A stretch of DNA of 64,000 bases, taken from the NCBI GenBank assembly GCA_021513715.1, contig CP084167.1, forward strand, positions 2,624,001-2,688,000, read 5' to 3'. Of this stretch, positions 63,155-64,000 are shown one piece after another. Under the pieces are notes generated by a model, which was given only the letters and a program-made list of their open reading frames with translations, was not told where the DNA came from and did no database searches. The position numbers and the translations under genes were made by a program. Source of the DNA: Candidatus Heimdallarchaeum endolithica (GTDB taxonomy: Archaea; Asgardarchaeota; Heimdallarchaeia; Heimdallarchaeales; Heimdallarchaeaceae). Position 1 is the first letter of the stretch. Each line of letters begins with the position of its first letter.

Positions 63155-64000
63155 ATGTTTTTAATCAAAAAAGCAAATTTAATGACGATGTCAATTCCTT
63201 CAATCTTTGCATTTGCTTTTATAATAGAATCAACCTTATTACTTGGTTTTACAACTTTTATTTTTATGAAAACATATTTGCAAATCAGACACATTTCTAA
63301 TTTTCTAATGAGTATAGGAACAGGACTAGTAATGATTTCATACTTCGTATCTTTTGGAATGGCTTTTATTGATCAAACAGATGTGGATTCAGCAAAGATA
63401 ATTTTGTCAATTACAAACATGGTAATTACATTAGGTTTATTTCTTATTGCCTTATCTTTATTTTATATAAAATCAAAATATTTTAACATTGCAGCAATTG
63501 TAGGTTCTTTTCTTATTGGAATTGCATTTATCACAGTTTCAAATACAGAGAATCTAAAAATGCACTACGATGAAAATGTTAGATTCTGGATTAATGATTA
63601 TACTAAATATGCTAATATCTTAATGAGTTTGATTTTTCTCATTATTGTTATTTTAATTACTTTATATGTTAATGAAAAAATACGTTATATAATAAGAAAG
63701 AAGAAACTTTTTTCTTTCACAGTTCTCGGAATTTTCTTTGCTTTTGCATGGTTAGCTATAATTTCTATCCCTGGAGTATATGTTTTCAGAGTGTTTCTTT
63801 TACCTATATCGCTGTTTTTTTTAGGTTTAGATAATTTGTTCAATCCTTTAAGTTTAATAGTTTCTCATAATAAACCAACAGAAATTTTTCTTCTTTCAAA
63901 GACCAATGTTCCTCTTGTTGGCTTTAATTATAGTAAAGGAGAAAAAATAGAAGATTTAAGTGATATTAGAATACTCAGAGTTAGTCAATTGCTTATAGAA
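63155..64000 (+). CDS. Multi-pass membrane protein, runs off the window end
   Basis: Frame from ATG 63155 (MFLIKKANLMTMSIPSIFAF...) with several hydrophobic segments; not in the ORF track, presumably because it has no stop in the window. Confidence 0.6.
   Translation, partial: MFLIKKANLMTMSIPSIFAFAFIIESTLLLGFTTFIFMKTYLQIRHISNFLMSIGTGLVMISYFVSFGMAFIDQTDVDSAKIILSITNMVITLGLFLIALSLFYIKSKYFNIAAIVGSFLIGIAFITVSNTENLKMHYDENVRFWINDYTKYANILMSLIFLIIVILITLYVNEKIRYIIRKKKLFSFTVLGIFFAFAWLAIISIPGVYVFRVFLLPISLFFLGLDNLFNPLSLIVSHNKPTEIFLLSKTNVPLVGFNYSKGEKIEDLSDIRILRVSQLLIE

Overview
This is a very AT-rich archaeal chromosomal window with GGTGA-type Shine-Dalgarno motifs and TATA promoters. Its gene content points to an Asgard archaeon, probably Heimdallarchaeia-like (inference): a Rab-like GTPase, a longin/DENN-V4R fusion, AN1-zinc-finger proteases, an EMC6/Rab5ip-like protein, archaeal Rqc2 and IDI-2. 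It carries about 55 mostly metabolic, membrane or housekeeping genes, including a ClC channel, an LDH-EtfAB cluster, an ABC exporter pair, GH2 and GH3 glycosidases, class I fumarase, Fhs and surface proteins. There are three copies of a ~1.0 kb IS481-type element; the two complete copies have 16-bp target duplications. A double-guide box C/D sRNA has guides matching 23S rRNA helix 69 and the adjacent segment. The main discovery is a set of three insertions that share one end architecture: each lies after YCAT, starts G-N5-C-T-run, ends in AT, and carries sub-terminal inverted repeats placed symmetrically around the AT core. Element 1 (15485-17321) splits an ABC exporter gene and encodes a TnpB-like nuclease with a Fanzor-type rearranged RuvC-II site, followed by a structured RNA. 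Elements 2 (33961-34313, in the catalytic His codon of a sirtuin) and 3 (7672-8046, at a Nudix start codon) encode no protein, only a TATA promoter and a ~220-280 nt structured RNA running into the right end. They look like mobile guide-RNA (omegaRNA) cassettes. No transposase for this family is in the window.
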